From assembly GCA_013239625.1 (NCBI GenBank), contig MU053352.1, positions 691,079 through 755,078 of the forward strand: a stretch of DNA of 64,000 nt, written 5' to 3'. The translations under genes and the position numbers were made by a program. Below, one piece after another: positions 27,901-60,586 of the stretch (positions within the stretch are counted from its first letter, which is position 1; every line of letters begins with the position of its first letter). The notes below the pieces were generated by a model. That model was not told the DNA's origin, ran no database searches, and worked only from the letters and a program-made list of their open reading frames with translations. This stretch comes from Lama guanicoe. Taxonomy: Eukaryota.

Positions 27901-28189
27901 TGTCAGCAGAAAAACCATGGGCTCCATGAGGCCTCTGGCTTCAGCCACTCTGAGGCTCTTGCTGGGTGTAGAGGAATCCTATGGCCTATGTCCCATTGTT
28001 TTTATAAACAGACTTTACTGTTTGTGTTTCTATTTATTATAGAAAATGCAGAAAAATATTGTAAAGGAGAAAATAAATTCACCTATAATTTCATTTACCA
28101 AGAGTTGACCATTTTGACTTAGTGGCTTGTTTCTGTCTAGATTTTGCCTTTTGGTCTAGGTATGTATATTTATACATACATATTTGATA

Positions 28190-28680
28190 AAATTGATTGG
28201 CTGCCACAGCCTCCACTGCAGTCGATATTCTTGACAGCCTTCAGGAATGGGTCCCAACTGGTTAAGCCAGGGAGCATTTTCCATTCCCCTGGCCACTGGT
28301 TGGATCATGGATGGACTAGTGAGATACAAAGAGACTTTTGCTGAGGACTTTTGGGAAAGAAAGCTTGAGAAGTTAAAAAGGGGGGGGGAGAGAGAGAGAG
28401 AGAGATTGATTTCCCCTGATTAGATATGAATGAAGAAGCCTGTGGTGGTCCTGCAGCCATCTTGACACCACACAGGTAACTGGGCTAATGATAAGCTGAC
28501 ACTATGGAAAGCAGAATGGAGACAGATCAGGTCTTGGTGACTTTATCAACCAGATCAAACCCCACCTAAATCCCTCCCCACCTGGATTATTTTGTTATTT
28601 GAGCCAACAGATTACTTTTATTGTTTAAGCTGGTTTAATTTGAAGTTTCTGTGACTTGAAACCCAGAGCATCACAACTCC
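28190..28680 (+). mobile_element. Old MaLR/ERVL LTR relic (MLT1/LTR33-like)
   Basis: Contains gcagccatcttg and the 3' motif ttgtttaagctggtttaatttgaagtttctgtgacttgaaacccagagcatc. Confidence 0.55.
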
Positions 28681-29359
28681 CAACAGCAGTATGCTGCATC
28701 ATTAAGAAAAATTGCATAGTCTTCTATCCAAAGAGGTACTATCATTTATTTTACTCATCCCTGGCTGTGACATGCTTCTGTCATTTCTTGTTTTTCACCA
28801 TGATAAACAGTGTTTGGATAAACGTCTTGACCAGACAATTGGTCTCCTCTCTGAAGATTACTTTGGGTCAAATTCTGAGAAGCAGAATGACTGGGTAGAA
28901 GAAATATTTTTAGGGTTTTGATTTGTTGTGTCAAGTTGCCTTTCAGAAAGCTTGGGTGAATTCCCACTTCCTCAGCAGTAAATAGAATGCTAGACATAGC
29001 CTATCATGTCAATAATCTGGATAGAATCAATTACATTTATTGTGTCCTCATGTACTTATAGAGAATGGATATTAAATAACAGCTGTAAGCTTATTATTAC
29101 TAGTGTTGTTGTTATTGTTATTATTATTATATCTTTACAATCAAGTCAGTAAATGGAAGGTAGCAGGTTATGAACAAAGGGCTCCATGCACACCTGACTT
29201 ACGTATTAGGCTCAGTGTCTAGGATCCATCCTACTTTTAGGGGTCCACAGAAATGTTTTAATTTTAACTTATTTTAAAGCCATAATTCTAAAAATGAATA
29301 AATAATAATGAACCCAGATTGGATTATATCCATCTTTTCATCAAAGCAGTTGTAAAATC

Positions 29360-29400
<41 letters not shown>

Positions 29401-29408
29401 ATGATGAT
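29360..29408 (+). repeat. (GAT)n microsatellite
   Basis: About 13 perfect GAT units followed by an interrupted extension. Confidence 0.95.
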
Positions 29409-29899
29409 TTTTTTGATAGAAGAGGGGGCCCAGGAAGGCAAAACTGGTTAGGGCCCATAAAGCCGTAATGCAGGCTTGACTTGTTGAAGAGGATTCTGTG
29501 TCTCAGTCTAGATTTAGTGGGAAAGAGCATTGAGATCGATTTGCTTTGTCTGCCTTAGGCTCGAAGAGGGGAGGTAGCATCTTTGGTTTGGGGAGATCAG
29601 CAAAAGGACATTTTCGGTTCGAACCCCAGATCCACAGCTTAATCGTCTTAGCTTTCTGAGCCTGTCTCCTAACCTGTAAAACGGAGTTCATGGGGCCCTT
29701 TTTAAGGTACCTCGCCAGGTACTGTTCTAAAGAGCTTTCTATTGTGTATTAACCCTTTTATCCTCCTAGCCCCTACAGAGTACGACGTAATATTCCTATA
29801 GCCACAACATGTGCTCCAGAGAATTGAAACCCACATCAGAATTTCGTCCAGAGAAATAAAAAACACAAACAAGGATTCTCTAAGCCTCAATTTCCCCGT

Positions 29900-30440
29900 T
29901 TTCAAGTCGAGCGTCTGGCCCAGAAATTCGCGTGTCCGTCCGCATCTCGCTTGCGCCACCTGCCGGCGTGAGGGGGAACTGTCTGGCCGCATCCTGTCGG
30001 AGCGTCAGCGCTCTCGGTCAGCACAGGCTGGGTGGACATTCTCAGGACGGGAAAGTAAAGGGCTGAGGGCCAGAGAGGAGCCCAAACCCCGTCGGAAGTG
30101 CGCGAGAGGCCCCCACGCCGGCCCTGGGGCGGATACCAAGAGCTGGGGGCGTGGTCCCCAGTGGGGCGGGACCTCGAGCGGGGACAGGGCCAGCCCTCGG
30201 GTCCAGACGTGGCGCAGTGGCCCGGCGGTTCACCTCCAGCTTGCGGATCATCTTCGGCCCGGTTTCAATGCACCTACCGCTGCCTCCGCCGCCTTTGCTG
30301 CTGCTTCTCGCGGCACTCGCGGCCGCCGCCACCACTTTCCGGCCCGACTGGAACCGTCTACAAGGCCTGGCCCGAGCCCGGGTAGAGGTGAGTGCGCCGG
30401 CCCCCAGCCTAGGGACAACCGCCGCCCTACCCTATGACCC
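29900..30440 (+). promoter_or_regulatory. CpG-island promoter of SELENOM
   Basis: CpG-rich; ETS-like CGGAAGTG near 30093; GC boxes GGGGCGG near 30126 and 30163; immediately 5' of the ATG at 30268. Confidence 0.75.
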
Positions 30441-32606
30441 TTTAGCTTTGGGATCACCACCCGTTCTGACCTCAGGACCCTTCCGACTCCCTCCAGTCCG
30501 CTGGGACTTGTCCCTCCCACTCTTCAGCCTCAGAACGCCCCAGCATCCACTGTGGAAGCCTGACATCCGATCTTGCCATCTGGAAATCTGAACCTCTTCC
30601 CAGTTCCCCACCCCGCCGGACAGCGGGCTCCAGACACATTGGCCCTGTCCCCTAACTTCTTCCGCATTGGCCCTGTCCTCTAACTTCTTCCGGCCGGTGA
30701 CTCCCAAATCTGCCCTCTGGAGCCCAACTTCCCATCCCCCCATCAATCCTCTTTTTCCTGGAATTCCTCCCCACCCTAGTTCCGATTGGTCTCTCTCCCT
30801 TTGCTTGGGGGAGGGAAGGTCTTCTGGAGCCTCCCCTCACCAGGCAAAAGCCAGGGAAGGGGGCTGGTAACTGCCCTACCAACACTTGTTCTGCATCAGT
30901 TCCCCCACACTCCCTGCCAGGAAATGCCCCCGCCAAGGTCCCTGTGTTCTTGTGTGACTTGGATCCTCACAGACCTTCTCTGGGCCTTAGTTTTCTGTCT
31001 GAAAAAAGGAAGAGGAGGAGGAGGGAGGACTAGAATGGGTGGTCCTAGGGTCTAGGCCCCTGCTGGGAGGTAGCTCCCCCCTGGAGAGTACAGGGAGGGG
31101 CCCTCCCACCCTCCCTTGTTGGGGAGGCAACCAGGTGATCTGTAGGGTTAGGCCGCAGGTGGCAGGGAGGGCTAGCTCTGAATGGAGTGACGTAGGGACC
31201 AGATGGTAGGTGTCTCTAATGGGGCCTCTTAGGGAAGTTCTGAGCTTTTCCTTCTGGCCTGCCTCCACCCTGAGGTTCTAGAGGCCAAAGGCCAGGTCCA
31301 GGTCTCTACTTCCTGAGAGGAGTAGGGTGACCATTTGTTTTGGGCGTTGAGAGAGAGTCAACAGTCAGTATGGTGTGCAGGCAATAGCCCCAAGGCTGGT
31401 GAGTGCCCTTCGGGTCTCTGGCCTTGCTCTTCTTTTCCTCTGGTTTTGCTAGGCCTCAGCATCCCGGTCTGTACAGAGTTCCCCCTTTTGCCCACAAGGG
31501 ATCCCCATCTCTACACCTTGGGAACTGCTCTTCCAGGGAGTAATCCACAGCTCCACTCAACTACCAGCTGGGAGAGGAGGGTGCAGTGAGGGTGAGGGGA
31601 GACGTGAAGGACTCTTGACCGATCCCATTTTGTCCCCCTCCAGACCTGTGGGGGATGACAGCTGAATCGTTTGAAGGAGGTGAGTTTGAAGTAAGGGGTC
31701 CCCAGCTCTGTCCCTTCTGAGCCTCCTGGGGCAGGGGCAACATGGTCCCAATGACTGGGTAGGGGAGGATCCCTGGGCTGGGAATCAGGAGCCTGCTCTC
31801 CTGCACAGCCTGAGTGCTGTGTGACCTCACTGGGCTTCCTGTTGGTACCAGGAGTGGGGTGGGGTCTGATGCTATGGTTCCTCCCCAGGTGAAGGCCTTC
31901 GTCACCCAGGACATCCCACTCTAGTATCCGCCTACTGTGCTGGGGGAGGGAGGATGGGGAGGGGATCTGGAGAAGGTTCTTCCACTTAACTTCACAGATC
32001 AGGATGACAAATGGTTTTCACCTGACAAATAGGGTTAATTGAGCGGCTGCCCAGAGAATTCTGAGGCGGTCTTGGGTTGGCAACAGAAATTGACTAGTGA
32101 TGACTGTCACAGATACAGGAACCGAAGGGAGACCCTCTGATTTCTTTGAACCCCAATTCCTCAAGTGTCAATGGGGATTCCTACCCTCCCTGGGCAGACG
32201 CGGTAGTGCTGTTCACATCAGCAAGGCCCCGGGAGACCCCATCTGCCTCCGCCCACTCCACCACTACCCACCTTAACACCATCTCCAGCCACAACCTGGT
32301 AATGAAACACCTCCCGGGGGCAGACCCAGAGCTCGTGCTGCTGGGCCACCGCTTCGAGGAACTGGAGGTGAGGCCTGGGGAGGCGGACTGGGAGGCGGGG
32401 CGAGAGGCGGGGCCCTGCGCGCTGACTCCGCCCCACCTCCGCTGCAGCGAATTCCACTCAGCGACATGACCCGCGAGGAGATCAACGCGCTGGTGCAGGA
32501 GCTCGGCTTCTACCGCAAGGCGGCGCCCGACGAGCCTGTGCCCCCGGAATACCTGCGGGCGCCCGCTAGGCCCGCGGAAGGCGCTCCTGACCGCGGTGAC
32601 CTGTAG
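30268..32606 (+). CDS. SELENOM: Selenoprotein M, 5 coding exons, 142 aa, selenocysteine UGA at 31656-31658
   Basis: Exons 30268-30387, 31644-31679, 31889-31923, 32289-32367, 32448-32606; 429 nt. Signal peptide, ARARVETCGG(U)[12 protein letters not shown] CxxU motif, [19 protein letters not shown]-terminal RGDL; SECIS in the 3' UTR. Confidence 0.97.
31924..32288 (+). other. Probable U12-type (minor spliceosome) GT-AG intron, SELENOM intron 3
   Basis: Donor GTATCCGC; branch point CCTTAAC at 32271-32277, 11 nt before the intron end; no strong polypyrimidine tract. Confidence 0.75.
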
Positions 32607-32640
32607 ATCTGGGAGCGCGGCACCCCCCTGCCTGAGCCCT

Positions 32641-32707
32641 GGGGACAGAATGAAGCGCTCAGCGTCCCGGGAGCACCTCCCTCGCTGAGGGTCGACGCCC
32701 CGTCCCC
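32641..32707 (+). promoter_or_regulatory. SECIS element of SELENOM (form 2, CC in place of AA)
   Basis: Helix I GGGGAC(32641-46)/GTCCCC(32702-07); core ATGA at 32650-53 with GA at 32694-95; helix II CTCAGCG/CGCTGAG; unpaired CCC at 32666-68; apical mini-stem GGGAG/CTCCC. It starts 34 nt after the TAG. Confidence 0.95.
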
Positions 32708-32977
32708 GAGCCAGCAGGGTTGGAGTTGAGGGTTCCTCCTAACCCTTCTTTCTTCCCTCCCCAGCTCCACTAAATCCCCTTTCGCCTTAACTGAAACTCG
32801 ACTCCTTCTTTGCTGCGGGCGGGTGAGCAATAGGAGCTCCTCGAATACCCCTGGGAGACCCCGCATCCCCAGCTGCCTGGCTGCCAGAGTGGGGACGTGG
32901 GCACACCTCGCCCAGCTGCCCTCCATTCAAACCCCCAAGGGAGGCAGAGAGGAGTCAGAGTCGTTGAAAACCAATAA

Positions 32978-32983
32978 TTTATC
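32978..32983 (-). terminator. Candidate non-canonical poly(A) signal of SMTN (GATAAA)
   Basis: About 130 nt after the SMTN stop, in the only AT-rich patch nearby; no AATAAA is present. Confidence 0.5.
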
Positions 32984-33113
32984 AAAACGCTGCGTGTGTA
33001 TGCGTGGGAAGGTGTCGCGACAGACAGGGCAGCGGTGGGCAGGCGCACAGGGGAGGGGATGGTGCCTTGATGGTGGGGGTAGCTTGCCGCGGGCGGCCGT
33101 GCGGGCGGGGAAG

Positions 33114-53406
<20,293 letters not shown>

Positions 53407-54618
53407 CTTGCTGGCCCCTAGTTCCATCCGTCCCCTCCGTTCTCCAGTGCCTGTGGCACCTGATACCAGCTCAGGGAATTCTGCAGGGGACAGACATGCA
53501 TCAGGCCTGCTGGGGCCTCTAGAAACCACAGGCACTTGGGCTCTGTGCCTCAGTTTCCCCATCTAACCCACAATCATCCATTGCTGTCCCATTCCTGTTA
53601 TCTGTTATGTGGCTCCCGTGGGAGGTGCCCTCTGCTCTAGGGTAGTGTGCTGGAAACCTCAACACACCAAGAGTAGAAGTACCTGGTTCCAGCCCAGCCA
53701 ACTCGACTGCTAGCCTGCTGTGTGGCCTAAGCTGGACCCTCTCCATATCTCAGCCTCATGAAACAGGGAGGGTAGGAACCTGGATTGTGGAGCCAGGACC
53801 CAGCAAGACCCACTCAAGCTGTGCTCACCACCAGGGGGTGCCCGCCAGACTCTACAATGTCCTGCCCCACCCACCCATCCCCAGCGCCTGCCCAGCCCCC
53901 ACTCACCCCAAAAGCTCAGCCTCTGGCTTTAGGCTAAGCCCATGTCCAAGACCTTGCTGCCTCTGCCGCTCTCATTCCCCTAGGTGAGTTACGCCATTGG
54001 AGGTAACACCCTGTCTTCCAATTCTTGAGGACAGCCTTCTGTACACACCCCTCTCCACTCCTCCTTTCTGCCCTCCTTCTGATGCCAACTGTCCTGACTG
54101 CATGAAGCCAGGTGTCCAGGCACCCAGCTCCTCCTGCCAATTCATGCACTTAGAATTCAGTTTCCCAGCTGGAAGTGCCTTCCAAAACTGATCCGTCCAG
54201 CTTCTGGACTTAGGCAAACAGGATTGGAGAGGGCAGAGAATTGTCACGGGGAGTAAGGAGGATCCGAAAGACCCAGAGGGCAGGGAATGGATTTAATCTT
54301 GGCTTGTAAAGTCCCCTTCCAAAGTGCCCTCAGGGGCTCAGGACACTCCCCCTTGCCCTATCACTGCCTATCAAAATGGCCCCCTAAACCTTGGCCCAGC
54401 CTCCCACTGCAGCTCTGCTTCCTCCTGAGGCCCTAACGTCTTTCTGGAATTTGAGGGCCCACAGCCTGACACACCTTAGGTGCTTAGTTAACGTATGTGA
54501 CTGAAATGGCCCCAGGATTGCCCCCGCTCCTGTTGATTCATCACTCAGTCATTCTTCCCCCATCCCCAGATCAGTCACCAGGCAAGTCACCCCATCCGGT
54601 GAATGGGTTGGAGTTGGG

Positions 54619-54882
54619 GGTCCTTGTCCACACAGTTGGGATTTGTTGGACCCTGCCTGTTCAAGTTGCTGCTTGCTTTTCCCATCTGTATAGGCTTGGG
54701 CAGGTGGCAACCTCCCAGACACCCTCTGCTGGGGCCCTTGACCCTTGTCTACCTACTTTGGGGTAAGCTTCCAAGAACGTCACTCAGCAATCACCAGACT
54801 TAGGTTCTGTGGACATTCTGAGTTCCTCCATGTCTCCTGAAGAGGGGGGACCCTAATGCATAATATAGGACTTTCAGGGAAG
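54619..54882 (+). repeat. 264-bp direct repeat, copy 2
   Basis: Matches 48835-49098 at an offset of 5784 bp. Confidence 0.93.
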
Positions 54883-55019
54883 TCTCTTTCTTCTCAGGGA
54901 TTCCCGCCGCTGCTCCAGTCCCATGGCTCCCTGTCACACAGTTTGGGGCCCCCGAAGATTGTGAGGGGCCTCAGAGGAATGTAGGTACTTCCTCAGGGTT
55001 TCTGCCCCCACAGACACTA

Positions 55020-55830
55020 GCACCCCTGGGGGGCGTCGAGCCTCCTGGAGGTCCGTGAGCGTCTTTCCCCGAGGTCTCAGAACCTTATCGCATGGCTTAC
55101 AGCCCCGTGGGTAGGTAGGGGCTCCCAGATCAGGGAGTCCCAGAACCCTGAGAGTCCACACGTCCGGGTTCCACCCCCAGACCCGTTGGGGGTCCTGCTG
55201 CCGCCCGGAGGCCCGCACACCCACCTCTCAGTCCAGCCCGCCCGTCTGGCGCGGGCTCAGGTTAAGTAGTTCGGGATCCAACAGATGGACTAGGAGCGGT
55301 CAGGGGGAAGGCGCGACGACCGGGATCCCACGCAGGCTCAGCAACCGTCCCCGGGATTCTGCAAGCGCCGCCCGTCCAGCCGGGCCAGCAGTCCCGCCGG
55401 CTCCGCCCCGCGCCATGGCGCGAGCCAATCCTCAGGAGGGTACCGCCCACCCTCGTGCCCCATTGGGGAAATTCAATTTGGCAGCCACGCCCCTAGTGGA
55501 GGTCCCGCCCCTCGCAGGCCTAGGTTGTAGGGGATTGCAGTCTTGGGGCCACTGCTGGCGCAGCCTTGACTGGTCGCGTGGGCGTCTCTAGGAGGACGTA
55601 GATTTGCGCCAAAGTCGAGGAGGGCGTCCAAAGCCGGGGTAAGTGGCCCGGGATCGTACTATTCGCGGAGCCTTCAGGCCAGCCCCTCTCCGCCCTCCTC
55701 TTTGTTCGTGAGACCTTGTCCCCTCCCTCGACTCCGCCCCCTCCTCGCTTCAGTGCCCCGGCTTGGCCGATGCCCCCAGGCTGCTTTCGGGATACCTAGT
55801 CCGGGCCACCTCCGAGCAGGGAATAAGTGA
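55020..55830 (-). promoter_or_regulatory. CpG-island promoter and probable non-coding exon 1 of SMTN
   Basis: Dense CpGs, GC boxes (CCGCCC), CCAAT near 55426, candidate donor GAG|gtgggt at 55225; about 1.7 kb upstream of the ATG exon, whose acceptor is at 53480. Confidence 0.75.
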
Positions 55831-55989
55831 CCGGGAGCCCCTTGACCCTACCAACGTTGGAGCACCTCAGGGGCCACTTTCAGATGGAGCAGGATCAATC
55901 GCACAGCACACTTTCCCCAGGCTGCACACCTTTGCGCAGACATTGATCTTATCTGTGAATGGTTCTCCCTCGACCTCTTGCAGCCCTGG

Positions 55990-56096
55990 AGTTTTATTTT
56001 GTTTTTGTTTTTATTTTTTAATGGAAGTACTAGGGATTGAACCCAGGACCTCAGGCATGCTAAGCATGTGCTCTACCACTGAGCTATACCCTCCCT
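55990..56096 (-). mobile_element. tRNA-Ala-derived SINE (camelid Vic-1-like)
   Basis: The reverse complement reads GGGAGGGTATAGCTCAGTGGTAGAGCACATGCTTAGCATG...GGTTCAATCCCTAGTACTTCCA, with A and B boxes and an A-rich tail. Flanking ctggagtttt / ctagagtttt resemble a TSD. Confidence 0.85.
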
Positions 56097-59000
56097 CTCC
56101 CCGCTCTAGAGTTTTAAATAGGAAATACGGAGTTCAGAATCTCATTCGCCAAATGGAGGAAATTGAGGCCCAGAGAGAGAGCCAACACGTCCAGGACAAC
56201 ACTGGGAGTCAGCTAGGGGCCCAAGAGCTGAGACTTACTGGGGAAAGCCACCCATCCCCTGTGCTAGAGGTCAGGAAGCCTCCCGCAGGTCTCTATGGAG
56301 ACAAAAGGGCATTGGAGCTTGGGAGGTGGGGTCTGAAGTCCTGTCCGTTAAAAAAATATCAACTCATTTATTTTGTGCTTGCCATGTGCCTGGCGTATAA
56401 TCCCTACAGTGACCATTTGAGTCAGGATTACTGTCCCATTTTACAGTTGAGGACAACTGATAGTGGACCTGCGATTCATACCAGCACCTTTTGAATTTAG
56501 AATCTGTGCTTTTAACCACTATGATGTGGGGTTGTGGGGAAGTGGTTTCAGCCAGTTGCCCCAGCAGAGCCCCTTGGCCCCGCTGACCAGATCCTCTGTG
56601 ACCACTTTCCACCCCACCTCACCCCTATCTAGAGAGAGGGCCAGTATCCACTCCAAGACTCTGTTGAAGATGTCATATTTTATTTCGATATCCCTGAGAA
56701 GTGGTCCCATTTTACTCGTGGGAAAACCACGGGGCAGAGAGGGAAGAAACTTAAGATCACACAAGAGAAGGAGCAAACAGAGCCCAATTTGGGGGCTATA
56801 GTTGGAGGTCCTCTTTCCTGGGCGGGCCCGAACTAGGCCCTCTCTACTTGACCTAGATGCAATCCTATTTTCCAGAATGAGGGTCAGTGACCTCCAAGGC
56901 CCACTCGATTCTATTCAACCCTCGCGCCCCATTGGAACAGCCCCTTGGAGCGGAACACATATAGACCACCTGAGTGGCGGCTGTCAGCTCCAATGAATGG
57001 CCTGCTTCATGCTAGCTTCGCACCACCTGCCCCCCCAAGCAAGGAGGAACCGCACAGGTGAATCTCTGTGTATGGACTTAAAGTGCCTACCTGCGCTCAC
57101 TAGTTCTGGGTAGTACTGAAGATAAGCATGGGTCCTGCCCCTCAGTCAAGCCCCCAGGGCTGGGGTCCTTCTCCAGACCTAATTGCCTTCCCTTCCTATC
57201 TGAAAGGGGCAGAGCGGGATGCTGGTGAAACAAAGATCAAAGGGCAGCCCTGTGCAGTACTGGAGAAGCCTGCAGCCACAGCACAGGGAGGAGCAAACAT
57301 CCTGTCAGGAGGCTCCTGGTGTCTACTGAGCAGCTGTTGCATGTCTGACACAGAATTTGCTCTGTTGCAAATTGATCACTGTGTAAGATGTGTTACCCGG
57401 ATTCTACAGAGGAGGAAGCTGGAGCTCAGGGAGGAGAAGGCACCTTGGATAGTAGTGGCATTCAGACTTGAGTGGAATCACGCCCCGTACCAAAGCCCCT
57501 TTCCTTCACCTAGCTGCATCTAGAATGGAGGAAATCCTGGAAGACTTCTTAGAGGAGGCGAAATGCACACTGATCCTTGAGGAAGGGTGCCAAGAAATCC
57601 ATCCCGCAGAGAAGAGGAGGAAAGACAAGAAAAGATAATTGTGGCAGAGGAACAGTGTTAATAAAGGCCAGGAGGTTTGTAAGTGGGAAAAGGCAGAGAG
57701 CTGGGCTGTGGATGGAGCAGGAAATGGAGATGGGGGTCCTCCCATCTGTCAAAGGCCCTGAATGACAGGTGAGCAGGGTGAATATATCTTGTGGGCACCG
57801 GGGAGGCCTGGGCTTCAGTCTGTCCATCTATAAAATGAGGGGCTTGAACTGGCTTACTTCAGGCTCTCCCAGGGCAAGAGGCTATAACAGAAAGGGTCCA
57901 GATTCTTCCAGGTCCAACCCTGGACCGGCAGACTGGGGAGTGGCTGGAACAGCTCAGGGGCCAAGGGTAATATTTTGCTCCAGTCTCTGAGCCTGAGAAT
58001 AAATATTTTACCAAGCTGGCAGTGCCAGATCCCTGAAACTCCCGGGCTACCCCTCCCCCCAGCCAGTATCCTGCAGAGAAAGCCCAGGCCTGGGATCAGG
58101 AGGCAAGAGGAATGATGAATCTTAGGCCTGGCTCCAGTCCAGGCAAAGTTTGGGTCACCTTGGAGCCTCAGTTTCCAAATCTGCACAATGGGGGAGTTGT
58201 GGTCTGAGCTTTCCGAGCCCTCTGCCCCCAGACTAGACAGCATAAAATTCCAAGAGTTTTGTGGGAGACCCCACAAGTGGCTGTGAGGCCAGCCAAGGGC
58301 AAGACCTTGGGCCTATGAGGGAGTTCAGGGGCTGCTGGGCACTGGGAGGAATGGAGGGATTAGGGATGGGTTGGAGTTGGGCCTGCTTTTGGGGTCTCAC
58401 AGCCTAGTGAGAGCAGGGGAGGGATGCGATTTGGGCTCTAAAAGTTGTAGAAAAAAAGCCCTCTCTTGCTTTTTGGTGTGGGTGGGGGCTGGGAAAAGAC
58501 ACCTGGAGAAAGGTGCAGTGTGAGCAAAGGCAGGCAGATAGGACTTGAGGACTTTCCTGGGGAAAGTCACGTGGGCGAGGCTGGAGCATGGGGACCTGGA
58601 GGAGGAGAACTAGTTCTTGCTGGGATTGGTTGGATTCCATGGCTGCGACCCTCTTCCTCATGGGCAGACCTAGAGGCCCCCAGGGTCCTGGCCAGCAGTG
58701 CCAGAAGTGGGGCTGGGGCCCTGTTTGGCAAACCAGTTTGGCAAGACTATCTCTTCCATGATGTCATCCAGCTGCTGTGTTCTCTGAGGACAGTGCCAGA
58801 CAAACTTCCGGCCTTGGAGGAGAAGGGGGCCCGGCCCTAGGTGCTGAGGGATGGGAAAGGCGTGACTCTTCAATGTAGGAAACTTGGAAGCAAGTGGGCC
58901 CTGGGAAGGAGGTGGGGCCCTGAGATGCCCACTGGGCTGTACTGAACCCCTGGAGGACCAGCCTCTAGAGGGGCTGGCCTGGACTTCTTGGGACTTCCGA

Positions 59001-60494
59001 TAGTTCCCTGATGCCTGGTGTAATCTAGGCTTATGGCAGGGGTCCCAGATAGTTGCTGCCCAGTGGGTTGGAACTTGGCTCCAGATCACCCATAAACTAC
59101 ATGAGTGGCAGTTTTGTTACTATCATGAACCTCACAGCTTGAACCTTGTGAAGCAGAACCGTCATTATACAGACGCGGAGGCAGGCTTAGCAAGGCCAAG
59201 CCACACCAGCCCCTCACACAGGATTAGAACCCAGATCCCTTGATCTTAACTGCACTACCCTGCCACCTGCCATTTGGGGTCTCTGCCCACATGGGGCCTT
59301 GTCATATTCTTAACTACTGGTGACCACAGCAGCTGGATCGTGACATCATAGAGTCCCAGATGCCTACCCTGTGGTCCAAATAGGTAGTCTGAGTTCCAGA
59401 GAGGGCAAGGAACAGGCTTCAGGTCACACAGCAACTTGGAGGTGGAGCCACGCTCTACCCCAGATCCCCAGCCCCCCAAATCCCTTGTTTCCCCCTCAGG
59501 GTCTGGCACATCCAGGCATGAAATAGCAATAACCAGCACATATTGAGTCCCTACTATGTGTCATTCACTCATTTAATCATCACCATAGCCATGGGAGGTT
59601 GGTGCTAAGATTAGATCCATTTTACAGATAAAGAAATGGAGGCTCATGGAGGGGAAGTCACTTGTCCAAGTTGACATAGTATGTTGGTGATAGGGCTGGG
59701 ATTTGAACCCAGTTGTGCAGACCCTTTCCCCTTGCTGGACCCAATAGGCCTCATTGGAGGCATGAAGACCTCTATACAGGAGGGTGGGTGGCCCCTCTGC
59801 AGGCTCTGGAGGCAGGCAGTGTCCAATTCATAGTTTCCATGCAGGCCTGGTCTCCCCGGGGTGGGCAGAAACGTGCTGAGGCTGCAGAAGTGCTCTGAAC
59901 CTTCCCTGAGGAGGCGGCCTGAGGAGGCGGCCATGGTGGGAGGGAGTTTTTGGGGCAGACCTCAGAGCCAAGTGCAGACGTGGCGGCTGGACCTGCTGCA
60001 GGCGAGGGAGGGCAGGCGGGGTGGGGCCCAAACCCGACCCGGCCTCCCAGCAGTGTTCCCAGCCCTCGGGCAGCCAGGCCCGGCTCTGCCTGCCCTTCTA
60101 GCTCCCCATCTGGATTTGAGATGCTGAGCCTAATAATAGCCGAATGGTAGCAAAGGCAATGCCCTGAGCTGCAGCCGGCGGTGGGGCTGGGACCCCCATC
60201 ATCTCACGCTGGCCCTGGAACAGGTTCCAGAATTTTAAAAATAATAGCAAGGGCTCATGCAGCGTGTACCTGCACAAGGCATCGTGCTAAGGCCCACAGT
60301 AACTCGTTTATTCCTCATGACCACTCTGTGAGATAAGGCTTCTATTAGCTCTATTTGTCTTAACCAAGTAAATAAAACCATTCACACTACAAGAGGTAGG
60401 AGGAAGGGACAGAATTTGCACAAAACATAAAAAATTTGTTGACCCAGGCAAGATAAAATCAGAAAGACCATCCCGTCTGCCCAGAGGCCTCATG

Positions 60495-60586
60495 TTTATG
60501 AAGCAGGTCCCATGTCCCAGGCTCTAAGCTAAGCTCCTGAATGCTCACCCTAACCCTGCAAGGGGACATGGAACCTGCTTCATAAA
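60495..60586. repeat. Inverted repeat with 24-bp arms (1 mismatch) and a 44-nt spacer
   Basis: tttatgaagcaggtcccatgtccc (60495-60518) and gggacatggaacctgcttcataaa (60563-60586). Confidence 0.85.

Noticed and set aside
30151..30267. N-terminal extension of SELENOM
   Set aside because: It starts at GTG, probably at or upstream of the TSS; the signal peptide begins at ATG 30268.
31656..31658. SELENOM as a pseudogene because of an in-frame TGA
   Set aside because: The TGA sits in the CxxU motif and an intact SECIS is present.
55763..56494. 243-aa ORF beside the SMTN promoter
   Set aside because: It has a TTG start and runs through a SINE and MIR fragments.
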